Positions 1 to 10,231 of a stretch of DNA of 64,000 nt are shown in pieces; positions within the stretch are counted from its first letter, which is position 1; every line of letters starts with the position of its first letter. Under the pieces are notes generated by a model. That model worked only from the letters and a program-made list of their open reading frames with translations. It did no database searches and had not been told where the DNA came from. Source of the stretch: an uncultured Prevotella sp. (GTDB lineage Bacteria; Bacteroidota; Bacteroidia; Bacteroidales; Bacteroidaceae); the NCBI GenBank assembly GCA_946548085.1, contig CAMNPN010000001.1:5901-69900 (forward strand), written 5' to 3'. The position numbers were made by a program, and so were the translations under genes.

Positions 1-25
1 TGTCTGTTGTCTTCGCCCTCAACGG

Positions 26-838
26 TTATTCTTCGGCAGGGAAGAGTGTCTCGTAGAAGTCTTCACAGGCTTCTGCCACATTTGCCGTATAGTTGAGGAT
101 AGGAATGTTCTTTGCTTTCGAATAGGCAAGCAGCTCTTCGTTGACAAGCTGCTCTGACTGTACGATACCATCGCTGTAGTCAATGGCAAGTTTGCCAAGC
201 TCGATGAAATCGAAGTTGTCGTTATATCCCTTGAGGATCTCAGGGGTGGCATCACGGAATTCAAGGCATTTCTTGAAGTTATCGCCCAGGTTCTTGTCGA
301 GCTTCTGGGTAAAGAGCGATGTCACCACCTTGGCGTCGGCAAAGGATGGCTCATCGTGATAGGCCGTCTTCACATAGAGAGGCACAACGGCACTCATCCA
401 GCCCTGGCAGTGGATGACATCGGGCACCCAGCGGAGCTTCTTCACCGTCTCCAGCACGCCACGGGCAAAGAAGATGGCTCGCTCACCGTTGTCAGGATAG
501 TCTTCACCTTGCTCATCTTTCTCCATCAGGCGCTTGCCGAAGTAGTCATCGTTGTCGATGAAATACACTTGTACCTTTGCTGACTGGATTGATGCCACCT
601 TGATGATCAGGGGATGGTCTGTATCGTTGATGATCAGATTCATGCCCGACAGACGGATCACCTCATGCAGCTGACCGCGGCGCTCGTTGATAGTGCCCCA
701 CTTGGGCATGAACGTGCGAATCTCGTGATTACGCTCCTGAATGGTCTGGGGAAGCACACGCCCCATCACGGATAATTCGTTGTCTGGTACGTACGGAGAT
801 ATCTCCTGATTGATGAATAATACCTTCTTTTTTGCCAT
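26..838 (-). CDS. Glycogen/starch synthase-like glycosyltransferase (short form)
   Basis: 270-aa ORF. The N-terminus MAKKKVLFINQEISPY and the HCQGWMSAVVPLY block resemble the starch-synthase catalytic domain. A TACCTTTG -7 box at 858-865 (minus strand) lies 20 nt upstream of the ATG. Confidence 0.7.
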   Translation of the reverse strand: MAKKKVLFINQEISPYVPDNELSVMGRVLPQTIQERNHEIRTFMPKWGTINERRGQLHEVIRLSGMNLIINDTDHPLIIKVASIQSAKVQVYFIDNDDYFGKRLMEKDEQGEDYPDNGERAIFFARGVLETVKKLRWVPDVIHCQGWMSAVVPLYVKTAYHDEPSFADAKVVTSLFTQKLDKNLGDNFKKCLEFRDATPEILKGYNDNFDFIELGKLAIDYSDGIVQSEQLVNEELLAYSKAKNIPILNYTANVAEACEDFYETLFPAEE

Positions 839-1104
839 TTCTGTTGGTTTTACCCTGCAAAGGTACGAAAAATAAATCGCAAAACTTACTTTCCGGGGCG
901 GTTTTTAGCAAAAAGTGACATTTTAAAGGGCTTTTTTTGATTATTTTTGGCTTTTAGGTATAATTGAAAAGAAAAGTAGAAAAAACTATAAAATGTTAAA
1001 AATGTGTTTATTTATAGAAAAATCATGAAATATTTGCGTAAAATGTTGCGCAGTTCAAAAAGATTTATTATATTTGCACATTAATCAACTAATCCACAAT
1101 TAAA

Positions 1105-1572
1105 ATGGCAAAGTATAACATTATTGAAAAAAAGGAAAAAGTAGCTGCCTACCGTACACTCGTTAGTCCGAAGATGATGGATGACATGCAGGAGAAGATT
1201 ATGGACATTATCGTCATGCAGAAGAAGTACCGTGACAAAGACTACTCAGCAAAGAAATTAGCTGAAGAATTAGGAACAAACACCCGTTATATCTCAGCTG
1301 TCGTCAATGTGCGTTTTCACATGAATTACACTTCATTCGTTAACAAGTATCGTATCGATGAAGCCATGACCATCCTCGTGGACAGGCGCTATCAGGATCT
1401 GCGGATGGAGGAGGTGAGCGACATGGTGGGATTCTCTAATCGGCAGTCGTTCTACGCATCATTCTACAGAGTGATGGGCATCACCCCGAGAGAGTATCGC
1501 CTGCAGCACCTCAAACAGCACCCCACCATGAGGGCATCGAGGCAGAAGCCGAAAGCTAAGACGGAAGAATGA
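1105..1572 (+). CDS. AraC/XylS-family HTH transcriptional regulator
   Basis: 155-aa ORF with two helix-turn-helix units (KKLAEELGTNTRYISAVV and VSDMVGFSNRQSFYASFYRVMGITPREYR). TATATTTG box at 1069-1076. Confidence 0.8.
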   Translation: MAKYNIIEKKEKVAAYRTLVSPKMMDDMQEKIMDIIVMQKKYRDKDYSAKKLAEELGTNTRYISAVVNVRFHMNYTSFVNKYRIDEAMTILVDRRYQDLRMEEVSDMVGFSNRQSFYASFYRVMGITPREYRLQHLKQHPTMRASRQKPKAKTEE

Positions 1573-3539
1573 AGCATGTTGCAGCAAACCCCGATTTCTG
1601 TTATCGGGACGAGCGGTTTGCCGACCTGCAGCTGCTTAGGTATCAACTGACGGGCTTTGATAAACTTGCCCCAAAGCAAAAAGAACTGATTTATTATCTA
1701 TCGAAAGCAACACTGTTCGGCAGGGATATTACATTCGATCAGTTTGGAAAGTTCAACCTCAGGATTCGCAAGATGATGGAGGTTGTTTTTACAGACCAGA
1801 ATGTAAGCCGCGATACAGAGGATTTTCAGGCTCTGGAGGTTTATCTGAAGCGCATCTGGTTCTCTAACGGTATTTATCATCATTATGGCTGCGAGAAGAT
1901 GATGCCGGGGTTCTCGCCCGACTATCTACGCCAGCAGCTTCATAAGGTCGACGCCTGTCGGCTGCCGTTAAGGGCAGGGGAGACACTCGAGGAAATGTGT
2001 GAGGAGCTCTTCCCTGTCATCTTCGACCCCCAGGTACTCCCCAAGCGTGTGAACAAGGCCGATGGCGAAGACCTGATACAGTCTTCTGCCTGTCATTTCT
2101 ATGAGGGTGTCACCCAGGCTGAAGCCGAAGCATTCTATGATCAGTTGAAGAAGCGTGAGGCGGCAAAGACCAACCCGCCGTCATTCGGACTGAACTCAAC
2201 GCTTGTAAAGGACAACGGCGTGGTGAAGGAGATCGTATGGTCGGCCAATGGGAGATATTCCAATGCTATCCGGCATATCGTTTTTTGGCTCAGAAAAGCA
2301 GCCGAGGTCGCTGAAAACGCACAGCAGAAGAAGGTTATAGAGCTGCTTATAAGTTACTATGAATCAGGCGATTTGCAGACATTCAATCAATATTGTATTG
2401 AATGGTTGAAAGAGCACGATTCTGCCATCGATTTCATTAACGGCTTTATTGAGGTATATGGCGATCCGCTGGGACTGAAAGGTTCATGGGAGGGATTGGT
2501 AGAGTTTATTGATGAAACGGCGACTCAGCGCACACGGACCATCAGCAGCAACGCCCAGTGGTTTGAGGATCACTCTCCCGTTGACCCGAGGTTCAGGAAA
2601 CCGGTGGTCAAAGGTGTCTCTGCCAATGTGATTTGTGCGGCCATGCTCGGTGGCGATGAATATCCCTCTACGGCCATCGGCATCAACCTGCCTAATGCCG
2701 ACTGGATACGTGCTGAATACGGCTCAAAGAGCATCACGATCAGTAATATAACGGATGCCTACAATAAGGCTGCACATGGTAGTGGATTCAGAGAGGAGTT
2801 TGTCATTGACCAGGAAACATTAGAACTCATCGACAAATACGGGGATGTGTGCGATGACCTGCATACCGATTTGCATGAGTGCCTCGGCCACGGCAGTGGC
2901 AGATTGCTGCCAGGGGTTGATCCCGATGCACTGAAAGCCTACGGCAACACCATCGAAGAAGCAAGGGCCGACCTGTTCGGACTCTATTATATCGCCGACC
3001 CGAAGCTGGTGGAACTGGGACTGACACCAGATATGGAGGCGTTCAAGTCGCAATACTATACCTATATGATGAACGGGCTGATGACTCAGCTCATCCGTAT
3101 CACACCCGGCAATCAGATCGAAGAAGCCCACATGCGTAATCGGGCTCTGATAGCCCATTGGTGCCTGGAGCATGGCGATGCCGTCAGAATGGTGCAACGC
3201 AACGGGAAAACGTTCGTTGAAATCACCGATTACGAGCAGCTCCGTCAGCTCTTCGCACGTCTGCTGGCCGAGGTGCAGCGCATCAAGAGCGAAGGTGACT
3301 TCGAGGCAGCACGCCTGTTGGTAGAGCGCTATGCTGTAAAGGTCGATGCGATGCTCCATCAGGAGGTGCTGGAACGTTATAGCCGACTGAATCTGGCGCC
3401 CTACAAGGGATTTATCAACCCCATGATGCTGCCTGTTTACGATCAGAACGGGCAGATGACGGATGTACATCTCTATTATGGTGAGAGCTATGCCCACCAG
3501 ATGCTGCGCTATAGTGCCGAGTATGGAACTTTGATTTGA
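1569..3539 (+). CDS. M49-family metallopeptidase (dipeptidyl-peptidase III-like)
   Basis: 656-aa ORF whose ATG overlaps the upstream stop (ATGA). Zinc motifs HECLGHGSG (HExxGH) and EEARADL match the two DPP-III signatures. Confidence 0.8.
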   Translation: MKHVAANPDFCYRDERFADLQLLRYQLTGFDKLAPKQKELIYYLSKATLFGRDITFDQFGKFNLRIRKMMEVVFTDQNVSRDTEDFQALEVYLKRIWFSNGIYHHYGCEKMMPGFSPDYLRQQLHKVDACRLPLRAGETLEEMCEELFPVIFDPQVLPKRVNKADGEDLIQSSACHFYEGVTQAEAEAFYDQLKKREAAKTNPPSFGLNSTLVKDNGVVKEIVWSANGRYSNAIRHIVFWLRKAAEVAENAQQKKVIELLISYYESGDLQTFNQYCIEWLKEHDSAIDFINGFIEVYGDPLGLKGSWEGLVEFIDETATQRTRTISSNAQWFEDHSPVDPRFRKPVVKGVSANVICAAMLGGDEYPSTAIGINLPNADWIRAEYGSKSITISNITDAYNKAAHGSGFREEFVIDQETLELIDKYGDVCDDLHTDLHECLGHGSGRLLPGVDPDALKAYGNTIEEARADLFGLYYIADPKLVELGLTPDMEAFKSQYYTYMMNGLMTQLIRITPGNQIEEAHMRNRALIAHWCLEHGDAVRMVQRNGKTFVEITDYEQLRQLFARLLAEVQRIKSEGDFEAARLLVERYAVKVDAMLHQEVLERYSRLNLAPYKGFINPMMLPVYDQNGQMTDVHLYYGESYAHQMLRYSAEYGTLI

Positions 3540-3546
3540 AGCGGAA

Positions 3547-4167
3547 ATGAATCAGGATGTCAACAGCCAGGTGAAGGCCATCAAGCAGGCATTCCGCCTG
3601 ATGATGGATGGCGCCGTGGCTCAATCGATGCGGCAGAAAGGACTCGACTATCATCTGAACTGGGGTGCCACGCTGCCTCGATTGCGCGAAATGGCCGATG
3701 AATACGGCAAAAACTACGAGCTCGCCATCGCCCTTTGGAAGGAGAACGTGCGCGAATGTAAGATCCTGGCCACGATGATAATGCCTGCCGAGAAGGTGCT
3801 GCCCGAGGTCATCGACATCTGGATGGAACAGACGCCCACCACGGAGATCGCGGAGCAGGCGGCCTTCAATCTGTATCAGTATCTGCCGTATGCACCTGAG
3901 AAAGCCTATACCTGGATAGCCTCAGACAGGGAGCTCTATCAGCTCTGCGGCTTCCATATCCTCTCACGTCTTTTTATGAACGGTCAGGAGCCTAACGAGC
4001 GCGGCATCAACGAGTTCGTAGATCAGGCTCTGGCCGCACTGCAGGGTGAGAGCATGATCGTCAGAAAGGCTGCCATGATGGCTATGCAACGCTTTGCGAA
4101 CCTCGGTCTGGTCTACCAGCGACTGGCCAAAAACGCAATAAAAACGATTAATTTAGATTTTTTATAA
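3547..4167 (+). CDS. DNA alkylation repair protein-like (AlkD-type HEAT repeat)
   Basis: 206-aa ORF 8 nt after the previous stop. The pattern NGAVAQSMRQKGLDYHLNWGATLPRLREMADEYGKNYELAIALW recalls the AlkD-like family. Assignment is from memory. Confidence 0.55.
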   Translation: MNQDVNSQVKAIKQAFRLMMDGAVAQSMRQKGLDYHLNWGATLPRLREMADEYGKNYELAIALWKENVRECKILATMIMPAEKVLPEVIDIWMEQTPTTEIAEQAAFNLYQYLPYAPEKAYTWIASDRELYQLCGFHILSRLFMNGQEPNERGINEFVDQALAALQGESMIVRKAAMMAMQRFANLGLVYQRLAKNAIKTINLDFL

Positions 4168-4198
4168 ATAAACTATCTTCTGTCTCTCTGAAAATGTG

Positions 4199-4206
4199 TA
4201 CCTTTG
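4199..4206 (+). promoter_or_regulatory. Bacteroidota -7 promoter box TACCTTTG
   Basis: Exact TAnnTTTG match 31 nt upstream of the ATG at 4238. It lies inside the longer track ORF that starts at 4196, which argues for the downstream start. Confidence 0.6.
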
Positions 4207-4237
4207 TGCGGTTTTCAAGGAAACGACAGTATTTAAG

Positions 4238-4738
4238 ATGGACATTGCAAGCAAGGAGAATGTGATCAGCGCCGTGGAGCGCATCCTGGACAACTATCTT
4301 GAGATGAACAATCATCGCAAGACCTTGGAACGCTATACCATCCTCAGGGCTATCTACAGCATCAACGGTCATTTCACGCTGGAAGAGCTCAACGCAAAGC
4401 TATTGAAGGAAATGAATTTCCACGTGAGCAGGGCCACGATGTATAACACCCTAAACTTGTTCTTAGAGCTCCGACTGGTAGTCCGGCATCGCTTTCAGGG
4501 GGCTACGAAGTACGAGGCCTGTTACGATAATACCAGCCATTGCCACCAGATATGTACCATCTGTGGAAAGGTGAACGAGATCAGGTCGCAAGAGATCAGT
4601 GAGGCCGTGGAGAATATGCCTACAAGGCGGTTCCGCAAGGATGGCTACACGCTCTATGTCTATGGCGTGTGCAGCACCTGTCAGGCTAAGATTACAAAGC
4701 GGAAAAATCGGAAAGAAAACAATAAAAATAAACGATAG
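4238..4738 (+). CDS. Fur-family metalloregulator
   Basis: Winged-helix N-terminal part plus two CxxC pairs (CHQICTICGK and VCSTCQ), typical of Fur/Zur/PerR. The start was moved to the ATG at 4238 because of the promoter box. Confidence 0.85.
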   Translation: MDIASKENVISAVERILDNYLEMNNHRKTLERYTILRAIYSINGHFTLEELNAKLLKEMNFHVSRATMYNTLNLFLELRLVVRHRFQGATKYEACYDNTSHCHQICTICGKVNEIRSQEISEAVENMPTRRFRKDGYTLYVYGVCSTCQAKITKRKNRKENNKNKR

Positions 4739-4741
4739 ATT

Positions 4742-6013
4742 ATGAATAAAGGAAAAGTTGATGTCCTGTTAGGTTTACAATGGGGCGATGAGGGTAAGGG
4801 AAAAGTCGTTGATGTGCTGACCCCGAAGTATGATGTGGTGGCTCGTTTCCAGGGTGGTCCCAATGCTGGTCATACCTTGGAGTTCGAAGGCCAGAAGTAT
4901 GTGTTGCGCTCGATTCCATCGGGCATCTTCCAGGGGGGTAAGGTGAACATCATCGGCAACGGTGTGGTGCTCGCTCCGGACCTCTTCATGGACGAGGCAA
5001 AGGCACTCGAGGCCAGTGGCCACGACCTGCACTCGCGGCTACATATCTCTAAGAAGGCTCATCTGATTATGCCCACCCATCGGGTGCTCGATGCTGCCTA
5101 CGAGGCTCAGAAGGGAAAGAACAAGGTGGGTACCACCGGTAAGGGCATCGGCCCGACCTATACCGATAAAATCAGCCGTAATGGTCTGCGCGTAGGCGAT
5201 ATCCTCGAGAACTTCCCTGAGAAGTACGCCAAGGCCAAGGCTCGTCATGAGGCTATCCTGAAGTCGCTCAACTTCGAGTATGATATCACGGAGGTGGAGA
5301 AGAAGTGGATGGAGGGTATCGAGTATCTCCGTCAGTTCCCCATCGTGGACTCAGAGCATGAGATCAACAATATCCTTAAGAGCGGCAAGAGTGTGCTCTG
5401 TGAGGGTGCCCAGGGTACAATGCTCGACATCGACTTCGGCAGCTACCCCTTCGTCACCTCGTCAAACACTATTTGTGCAGGTGCCTGCACAGGTCTGGGT
5501 ATCGGCCCCAATAAGATCGGCGATGTGTATGGCATCATGAAGGCTTATTGCACACGTGTCGGAGCAGGACCCTTCCCCACGGAGTTGTTCGATGAAACGG
5601 GCAAGAAGATTCGTGATCTCGGTCATGAATACGGTGCCGTAACGGGTCGTGAGCGCCGTTGTGGATGGATCGACCTCGTGGCCCTGAAATACTCTATCAT
5701 GGTCAACGGCGTCACCCAACTCATCATGATGAAGAGCGACGTGCTCGACGGCTTCGATACCATCAAGGCTTGTGTGGCCTATAAGCAGAATGGTGTGGAA
5801 ATCGATTATTTCCCCTATAATATAGAAGAGGGCATCGAGCCTGTCTATCAGGAGTTGCCTGGCTGGAAGACCGACATGACCAAGTTCACCAGCGAGGATC
5901 AGTTCCCGCAGGCCTTTAAGGATTATATCTCGTTCTTAGAGAAGCAGTTAGAGACGCCTATTAAAATCATTTCTATAGGTCCGGACCGTGATCAGACAAT
6001 CGTTAGGCAATAA
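4742..6013 (+). CDS. purA: Adenylosuccinate synthase
   Basis: 423 aa. Contains the [15 protein letters not shown]-loop, [11 protein letters not shown] and [11 protein letters not shown]-type blocks. Full length. Confidence 0.95.
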   Translation: MNKGKVDVLLGLQWGDEGKGKVVDVLTPKYDVVARFQGGPNAGHTLEFEGQKYVLRSIPSGIFQGGKVNIIGNGVVLAPDLFMDEAKALEASGHDLHSRLHISKKAHLIMPTHRVLDAAYEAQKGKNKVGTTGKGIGPTYTDKISRNGLRVGDILENFPEKYAKAKARHEAILKSLNFEYDITEVEKKWMEGIEYLRQFPIVDSEHEINNILKSGKSVLCEGAQGTMLDIDFGSYPFVTSSNTICAGACTGLGIGPNKIGDVYGIMKAYCTRVGAGPFPTELFDETGKKIRDLGHEYGAVTGRERRCGWIDLVALKYSIMVNGVTQLIMMKSDVLDGFDTIKACVAYKQNGVEIDYFPYNIEEGIEPVYQELPGWKTDMTKFTSEDQFPQAFKDYISFLEKQLETPIKIISIGPDRDQTIVRQ

Positions 6014-6032
6014 GTTCAAAACTCGAAGAAAC

Positions 6033-7409
6033 ATGAAACCTAGCATACCCAAAGGAACGCGCGACTTCTCTCCGATGGAGATGGCTAAGCGCAACTATAT
6101 CTTCGACACCATCAAACAGGTGTATCAACTCTATGGCTTCCAGCAGATAGAGACGCCGGCAATGGAAACACTCCAGACGCTGATGGGCAAGTACGGCGAG
6201 GAGGGCGATAAACTGCTCTTCAAAGTGCTTAACTCGGGCGATTTCATCTCAGAGGTCTCTGATGAGGAACTCCAGGAGCGCAATGCCCTCCACCTCGCTG
6301 CCAAACTCTGCGAGAAGGGTCTGCGTTACGATCTGACGGTGCCCTTTGCCCGTTACGTGGTGATGCACCGCGACGAACTGCAGTTACCTTTCAAACGCTA
6401 TCAGATGCAGCCCGTATGGCGGGCCGACCGTCCGCAGAAGGGGCGCTATCGTGAGTTCTGGCAGTTCGACGGCGACATCGTGGGCTCCGACTCATTGTTA
6501 AACGAGGTGGAGTTGATGCAGATTGTCGACACCGTCTTCACCCGTTTCGGCGTCCGTGTGCAGATCAAGATCAACAATCGCAAGATTCTCACAGGAATAG
6601 CCGAAGTCATCGGGGCTGCAGATAAGATTGTGGATATCACCGTCGCCATCGATAAGCTCGATAAAATCGGCCTTGACAACGTGAACCAGGAACTTCGTGA
6701 GGATGGCCTCTCCGAGGAACAGATCGCCAAACTTCAGCCTATCATCACCCTCGAAGGCACCAACGACGAGAAACTCGATACCATCGCCGACGTGCTCAAA
6801 GACAGTGAGATTGGCCTCAAAGGTGTCGATGAAATCCGCTATATCCTTTCCGCCTTATGTCCAGTAGACTGCGGTACTTCCGCAGTCCTCCACAACGAGA
6901 TCCAGCTCGACCTCACCCTCGCCCGTGGCCTGAACTACTATACAGGTGCCATCTTCGAGGTGAAGGCTCTCGACGTGCAGATCGGCTCTATCACTGGCGG
7001 TGGCCGCTACGACAACCTCACGGGCATCTTCGGCATGCCGGGCATCTCGGGTGTTGGCATCTCCTTCGGCGTAGACCGTATCTTCGATGTCCTCAACGCC
7101 CTCGACTGCTATCCCAAGGATGCGGTGGTAGGCACACAACTGCTCTTCATCAACTTCGGTGAGAAGGAAACGGCCTATTGCCTGCCCGCCGTAGCGAAGG
7201 CCCGACAGGCTGGCATCCGCACGGAGATCTATCCCGACAGTGCGAAGATGAAGAAACAGATGTCGTATGCCAATGCCAAGCAGATTCCGTTCGTCGCCCT
7301 GGCTGGCGAGAACGAGATGGCGGAAGGTAAACTGACCCTGAAGAATATGTTGACAGGAGAGCAGCAACTCGTTACAATTCAAGAACTTATCACATCGATA
7401 CAATCCTAA
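6033..7409 (+). CDS. hisS: Histidine--tRNA ligase
   Basis: [12 protein letters not shown] start, class II motifs ([17 protein letters not shown]) and a C-terminal anticodon-binding domain. I chose the ATG at 6033 rather than 5988, which overlaps purA. Confidence 0.95.
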   Translation: MKPSIPKGTRDFSPMEMAKRNYIFDTIKQVYQLYGFQQIETPAMETLQTLMGKYGEEGDKLLFKVLNSGDFISEVSDEELQERNALHLAAKLCEKGLRYDLTVPFARYVVMHRDELQLPFKRYQMQPVWRADRPQKGRYREFWQFDGDIVGSDSLLNEVELMQIVDTVFTRFGVRVQIKINNRKILTGIAEVIGAADKIVDITVAIDKLDKIGLDNVNQELREDGLSEEQIAKLQPIITLEGTNDEKLDTIADVLKDSEIGLKGVDEIRYILSALCPVDCGTSAVLHNEIQLDLTLARGLNYYTGAIFEVKALDVQIGSITGGGRYDNLTGIFGMPGISGVGISFGVDRIFDVLNALDCYPKDAVVGTQLLFINFGEKETAYCLPAVAKARQAGIRTEIYPDSAKMKKQMSYANAKQIPFVALAGENEMAEGKLTLKNMLTGEQQLVTIQELITSIQS

Positions 7410-7420
7410 ATTCATATCGA

Positions 7421-8428
7421 ATGAACAAGCTCTCTAAGATGCTTCTGTCGCTCGTTGCAGTCTTCCTGCTCACAGCGGCAACACCAGACAAGACCACGAC
7501 CATCTTTATCATCGGCGATTCCACCGCTGCCAATAAGGATCTCTCCAAGGGTAAACTGGAGCGTGGATGGGGGATGGCCCTGCAGTGCTATTTCGACGAC
7601 GACATCATTGTCGACAATCATGCCGTTAACGGGCGCTCCTCCAAGAGTTTCATGGATGAAGGCCGCTGGGACAAGGTCTTGGAGAAGATCAAGCCCGGCG
7701 ACTACGTCATCATCCAGTTCGGACACAACGATGAAAAGGCCCAGCCCAACCGTCACACCGATCCGGGTTCTACCTTCGATTACAATCTGGCAAAGTATGT
7801 TAGGGAGACGCGCGAGCATGGTGGCATCCCTGTGCTGATGAATGCGGTGGTGCGACGCAATTTCCTGCGCCTGCCACCAGAAATTGCCGATGATGAACAG
7901 TTGCGTAACATGTCTTTCAATGATATGAAGAACCTCGTGGAGGGCGATTCGCTCAATGATACGCATGGACTCTATCGTGTGGCTCCGCGTGACGTGGCCC
8001 GTCGCATGAACTGCCATTTCATCGATGCTAACCAGATTACCCACGACCTCGAACAGGGCCTGGGCACCGAGGGCTCGAAGAAACTCCACATGTGGTTCCT
8101 GCCTGATACGGAGCCTACGGAGCCGAAGGGCAAGCAGGACAATACACATTATAATATCTATGGTGCCCACGTCGTCGCCAGGTTGTTGGCTGATGCCCTC
8201 TGTGAGGAGATCCCTCTGCTCAAAGCCCATCGCACGGAGGCCGATTTCACCGTCGACAAACTGGGACGTGGCCAGTACTTCGATCTGAAAGAGGCCGTTG
8301 CTGCCGCACAGGCTTCATCGAAGGCCGAGACCACCATCCAGATTCTCGGAGGCGAGTGGGAGAGACCCCAACTGCCTAAGAAGTCCCGCATCCGTTTCAT
8401 CCTCCGCCAGGGTGCAACCATGAGATAA
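7421..8428 (+). CDS. SGNH/GDSL hydrolase (rhamnogalacturonan acetylesterase-like) with extra C-terminal tail
   Basis: Signal peptide, block I IFIIGDSTAAN, block III QFGHND and block V DNTHYN. About 68 extra residues follow the catalytic domain (see findings). Confidence 0.8.
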   Translation: MNKLSKMLLSLVAVFLLTAATPDKTTTIFIIGDSTAANKDLSKGKLERGWGMALQCYFDDDIIVDNHAVNGRSSKSFMDEGRWDKVLEKIKPGDYVIIQFGHNDEKAQPNRHTDPGSTFDYNLAKYVRETREHGGIPVLMNAVVRRNFLRLPPEIADDEQLRNMSFNDMKNLVEGDSLNDTHGLYRVAPRDVARRMNCHFIDANQITHDLEQGLGTEGSKKLHMWFLPDTEPTEPKGKQDNTHYNIYGAHVVARLLADALCEEIPLLKAHRTEADFTVDKLGRGQYFDLKEAVAAAQASSKAETTIQILGGEWERPQLPKKSRIRFILRQGATMR

Positions 8429-8437
8429 CGTTCATTC

Positions 8438-8576
8438 CGATGCCTTCTAACACTGTTGGAGATGGCTTGCATGACAGTAAGGGATGCCTGTTATACCCCT
8501 ATAACAGGCATCCCTTACTCCGTTAGAAGGCATCTCTTACCATCGTGCAAGGCATCTCCAACAACATAAGATGGCA
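8438..8576. repeat. Palindromic GATGCCT-rich intergenic repeat (two inverted copies)
   Basis: Perfect 20-bp stem at 8476-8495 / 8500-8519 (agtaagggatgcctgttata cccc tataacaggcatcccttact) with imperfect outer arms. A related single copy lies at 40718-40796. Confidence 0.8.
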
Positions 8577-8615
8577 CCCCCGTGATTTTTTGCGGCCAGA
8601 AGTGCATAATATCAG

Positions 8616-8745
8616 GCCAACACCTACCTGAATCTCCCAAAATCCCTTTGTACAAAGGGAAAGAAGAGAGGTAGGTGTTAGGGAAACACCTACCTCAACA
8701 TCTACCTCAACACCTACCTCAACACCTATCTGAACACCTACCTCG
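8616..8745. repeat. Left inverted arm with 12-bp tandem iteron-like repeats (cacctacctcaa x5)
   Basis: Units at 8687-8698, 8699-8710, 8711-8722, 8723-8734 and 8735-8745, plus an isolated unit at 8621-8632. There is a 12-bp-stem hairpin at 8668-8696 and a small palindrome tccctttgtacaaaggga. The reverse complement of 10232-10350 aligns to this arm. Confidence 0.85.
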
Positions 8746-8749
8746 CTGC

Positions 8750-9997
8750 TCATGCTGCTCTCATAGGAATCGCCTTGTAGTAGGCTACGCAGCCTCGTTT
8801 GGTGTGCTCGAAACCCAGTTCCTTCATCGCCAGTCCGATATGCACCTTCGTACTGTGGTCGCTCTTCACGGACGGGTACTCACGCTGTATCACCTTCAGC
8901 ATCTCAGCACTGTTCAGGGCCTTCACACTCTCACCCTCTGCCGGCTTACGGAAACAGACTGCGATGATATCAGCCATATCCAACTGCGTCACATAGTTCT
9001 GATTCAGTTGCTGGATACGTTCCACCTCGTTGTTGTCAAACCAATAAGGTGTCTCTGCCACCTTCAGTTCATGTACCACCTGAGCATAGAGTTGTCCGTA
9101 GTCGATCTCGCCAGTATTGTCGATATACTGCCCCTGCGGGATGGTCAGACAGATGTATCGCCTGCTGCCCGTCGCATCCGTCAGCGGATGGAGATTGTTC
9201 GTCGTAGCCACAAACGAGGCATAGCGGGGGCGGTCTTCCTGCGAGGCACCATAGATGGGGCGACCATTTACCTTACTCTTCGAGAGTGTCTGCTTCAGTG
9301 CTGCATGCTGGCTGGGACGGATGGCCTCGAGTTCGTCGAGGTTCACGATTAGGTTGTTCGTCAGCGCCATCTCCTTGTCAAATTTGTTCGACAGGTTCAG
9401 ATGGTCGAGGAAATACTCTCGCAGTTCTGGCGGCAGCAGTCGCTTGAAGAAGGTGGTCTTGCCACAGCCCTGTGCCCCGATGAGCGTCGGCACGCACTCG
9501 TTACCGTGCAGCAGATCCATCTGCATCCAGTGGGCCACTGCCGACAGCAGCCATGTGGCTAAAAAGCCCTGCTGTTCTGTCGTGATGCCAGGCAGACGGC
9601 TGAAGAGACGAGCGATGTGATTCTGACCGTCCCACTTTGGCAGATTGCTGAGATAGTCGCCGATGGGATCGAAGGTTGGTACATCCTCGGAGTGTGCAAA
9701 CTCCGTGATCTCCGTCTTCGGGTTACCCTTCTCCAGCACCTGTTCCTTCTTGGCTCTGCGGATGATGGTGTTGAGGGCCTCCACAGTCAGAGTACGGAAT
9801 TTCAGATCAACTTCATTGAAGCCATCCGAGAGGCCTTCGGCAGCATCAGCCGACGAAGGCAAAGTTGCAAATTCTACCTTTCCGTTCAGGATGTTGCGGC
9901 GGAAGCGATAGTTCTCATTGAGGAACTGCTCGATGACGAGCGTTGCCTTCTGGCAGACTCCTGGAGTCTCGCCAGTAAAAGTCATTTTACTGTCCAT
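8750..9997 (-). CDS. VirE/VapE-family P-loop NTPase (primase-helicase-associated type)
   Basis: 415 aa with Walker A GAQGCGKTTFFKRLLP. Overall layout recalls Bacteroidales virulence-associated protein E proteins (from memory). The stop codon abuts the left repeat array. Confidence 0.75.
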   Translation of the reverse strand: MDSKMTFTGETPGVCQKATLVIEQFLNENYRFRRNILNGKVEFATLPSSADAAEGLSDGFNEVDLKFRTLTVEALNTIIRRAKKEQVLEKGNPKTEITEFAHSEDVPTFDPIGDYLSNLPKWDGQNHIARLFSRLPGITTEQQGFLATWLLSAVAHWMQMDLLHGNECVPTLIGAQGCGKTTFFKRLLPPELREYFLDHLNLSNKFDKEMALTNNLIVNLDELEAIRPSQHAALKQTLSKSKVNGRPIYGASQEDRPRYASFVATTNNLHPLTDATGSRRYICLTIPQGQYIDNTGEIDYGQLYAQVVHELKVAETPYWFDNNEVERIQQLNQNYVTQLDMADIIAVCFRKPAEGESVKALNSAEMLKVIQREYPSVKSDHSTKVHIGLAMKELGFEHTKRGCVAYYKAIPMRAA

Positions 9998-10102
9998 AAT
10001 ACTAAATTAAAAATGTTTGAATAATAGGTTTTTAGGTCGCGCTTTTGACAGCGTGTTTTTCAGCCTACGAGTCGCTTCCTGCAACTTCGTTCTTGCAATC
10101 TG

Positions 10103-10110
10103 CAAAGATA
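10103..10110 (-). promoter_or_regulatory. -7 promoter box TATCTTTG for the VirE-type gene
   Basis: Plus-strand caaagata is the reverse complement of TATCTTTG. It sits about 105 nt upstream of the ATG at 9997. Confidence 0.45.
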
Positions 10111-10231
10111 CAAAATTTTCAGGCGATTTGCAAGAAAAAGACCAATTATTTTCATCAGAATTATCAGATTAAACATTTGCCCTCAAAATGAGGTCAAGAC
10201 ATGGTCTTGAGTATAGCCTAAGGTTAGGTCT

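Noticed and set aside
2820-3497. 225-aa minus-strand ORF inside the DPP-III-like gene
   Set aside because: It lies entirely antisense to a well-supported CDS in G+C-rich DNA, where long spurious antisense frames are expected. It has no motif and no promoter box.
7412-8230. 272-aa minus-strand ORF antisense to the SGNH hydrolase gene
   Set aside because: The plus-strand frame carries the complete SGNH catalytic blocks and a signal peptide. The antisense product is low-complexity and has no upstream -7 box.
8686-8745. The tandem 12-bp repeats here and at 10238-10292 considered as a CRISPR array
   Set aside because: The units are contiguous with no spacers and are only 12 bp long. No cas genes are nearby. 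They fit iterons or subterminal repeats better.
8675-9352. 225-aa plus-strand ORF beginning in the 12-mer array (HLPQHLPQHLPQ...)
   Set aside because: Its N-terminus is just the translated tandem repeat. The rest is antisense to the VirE-type gene, which has a clear Walker A motif.
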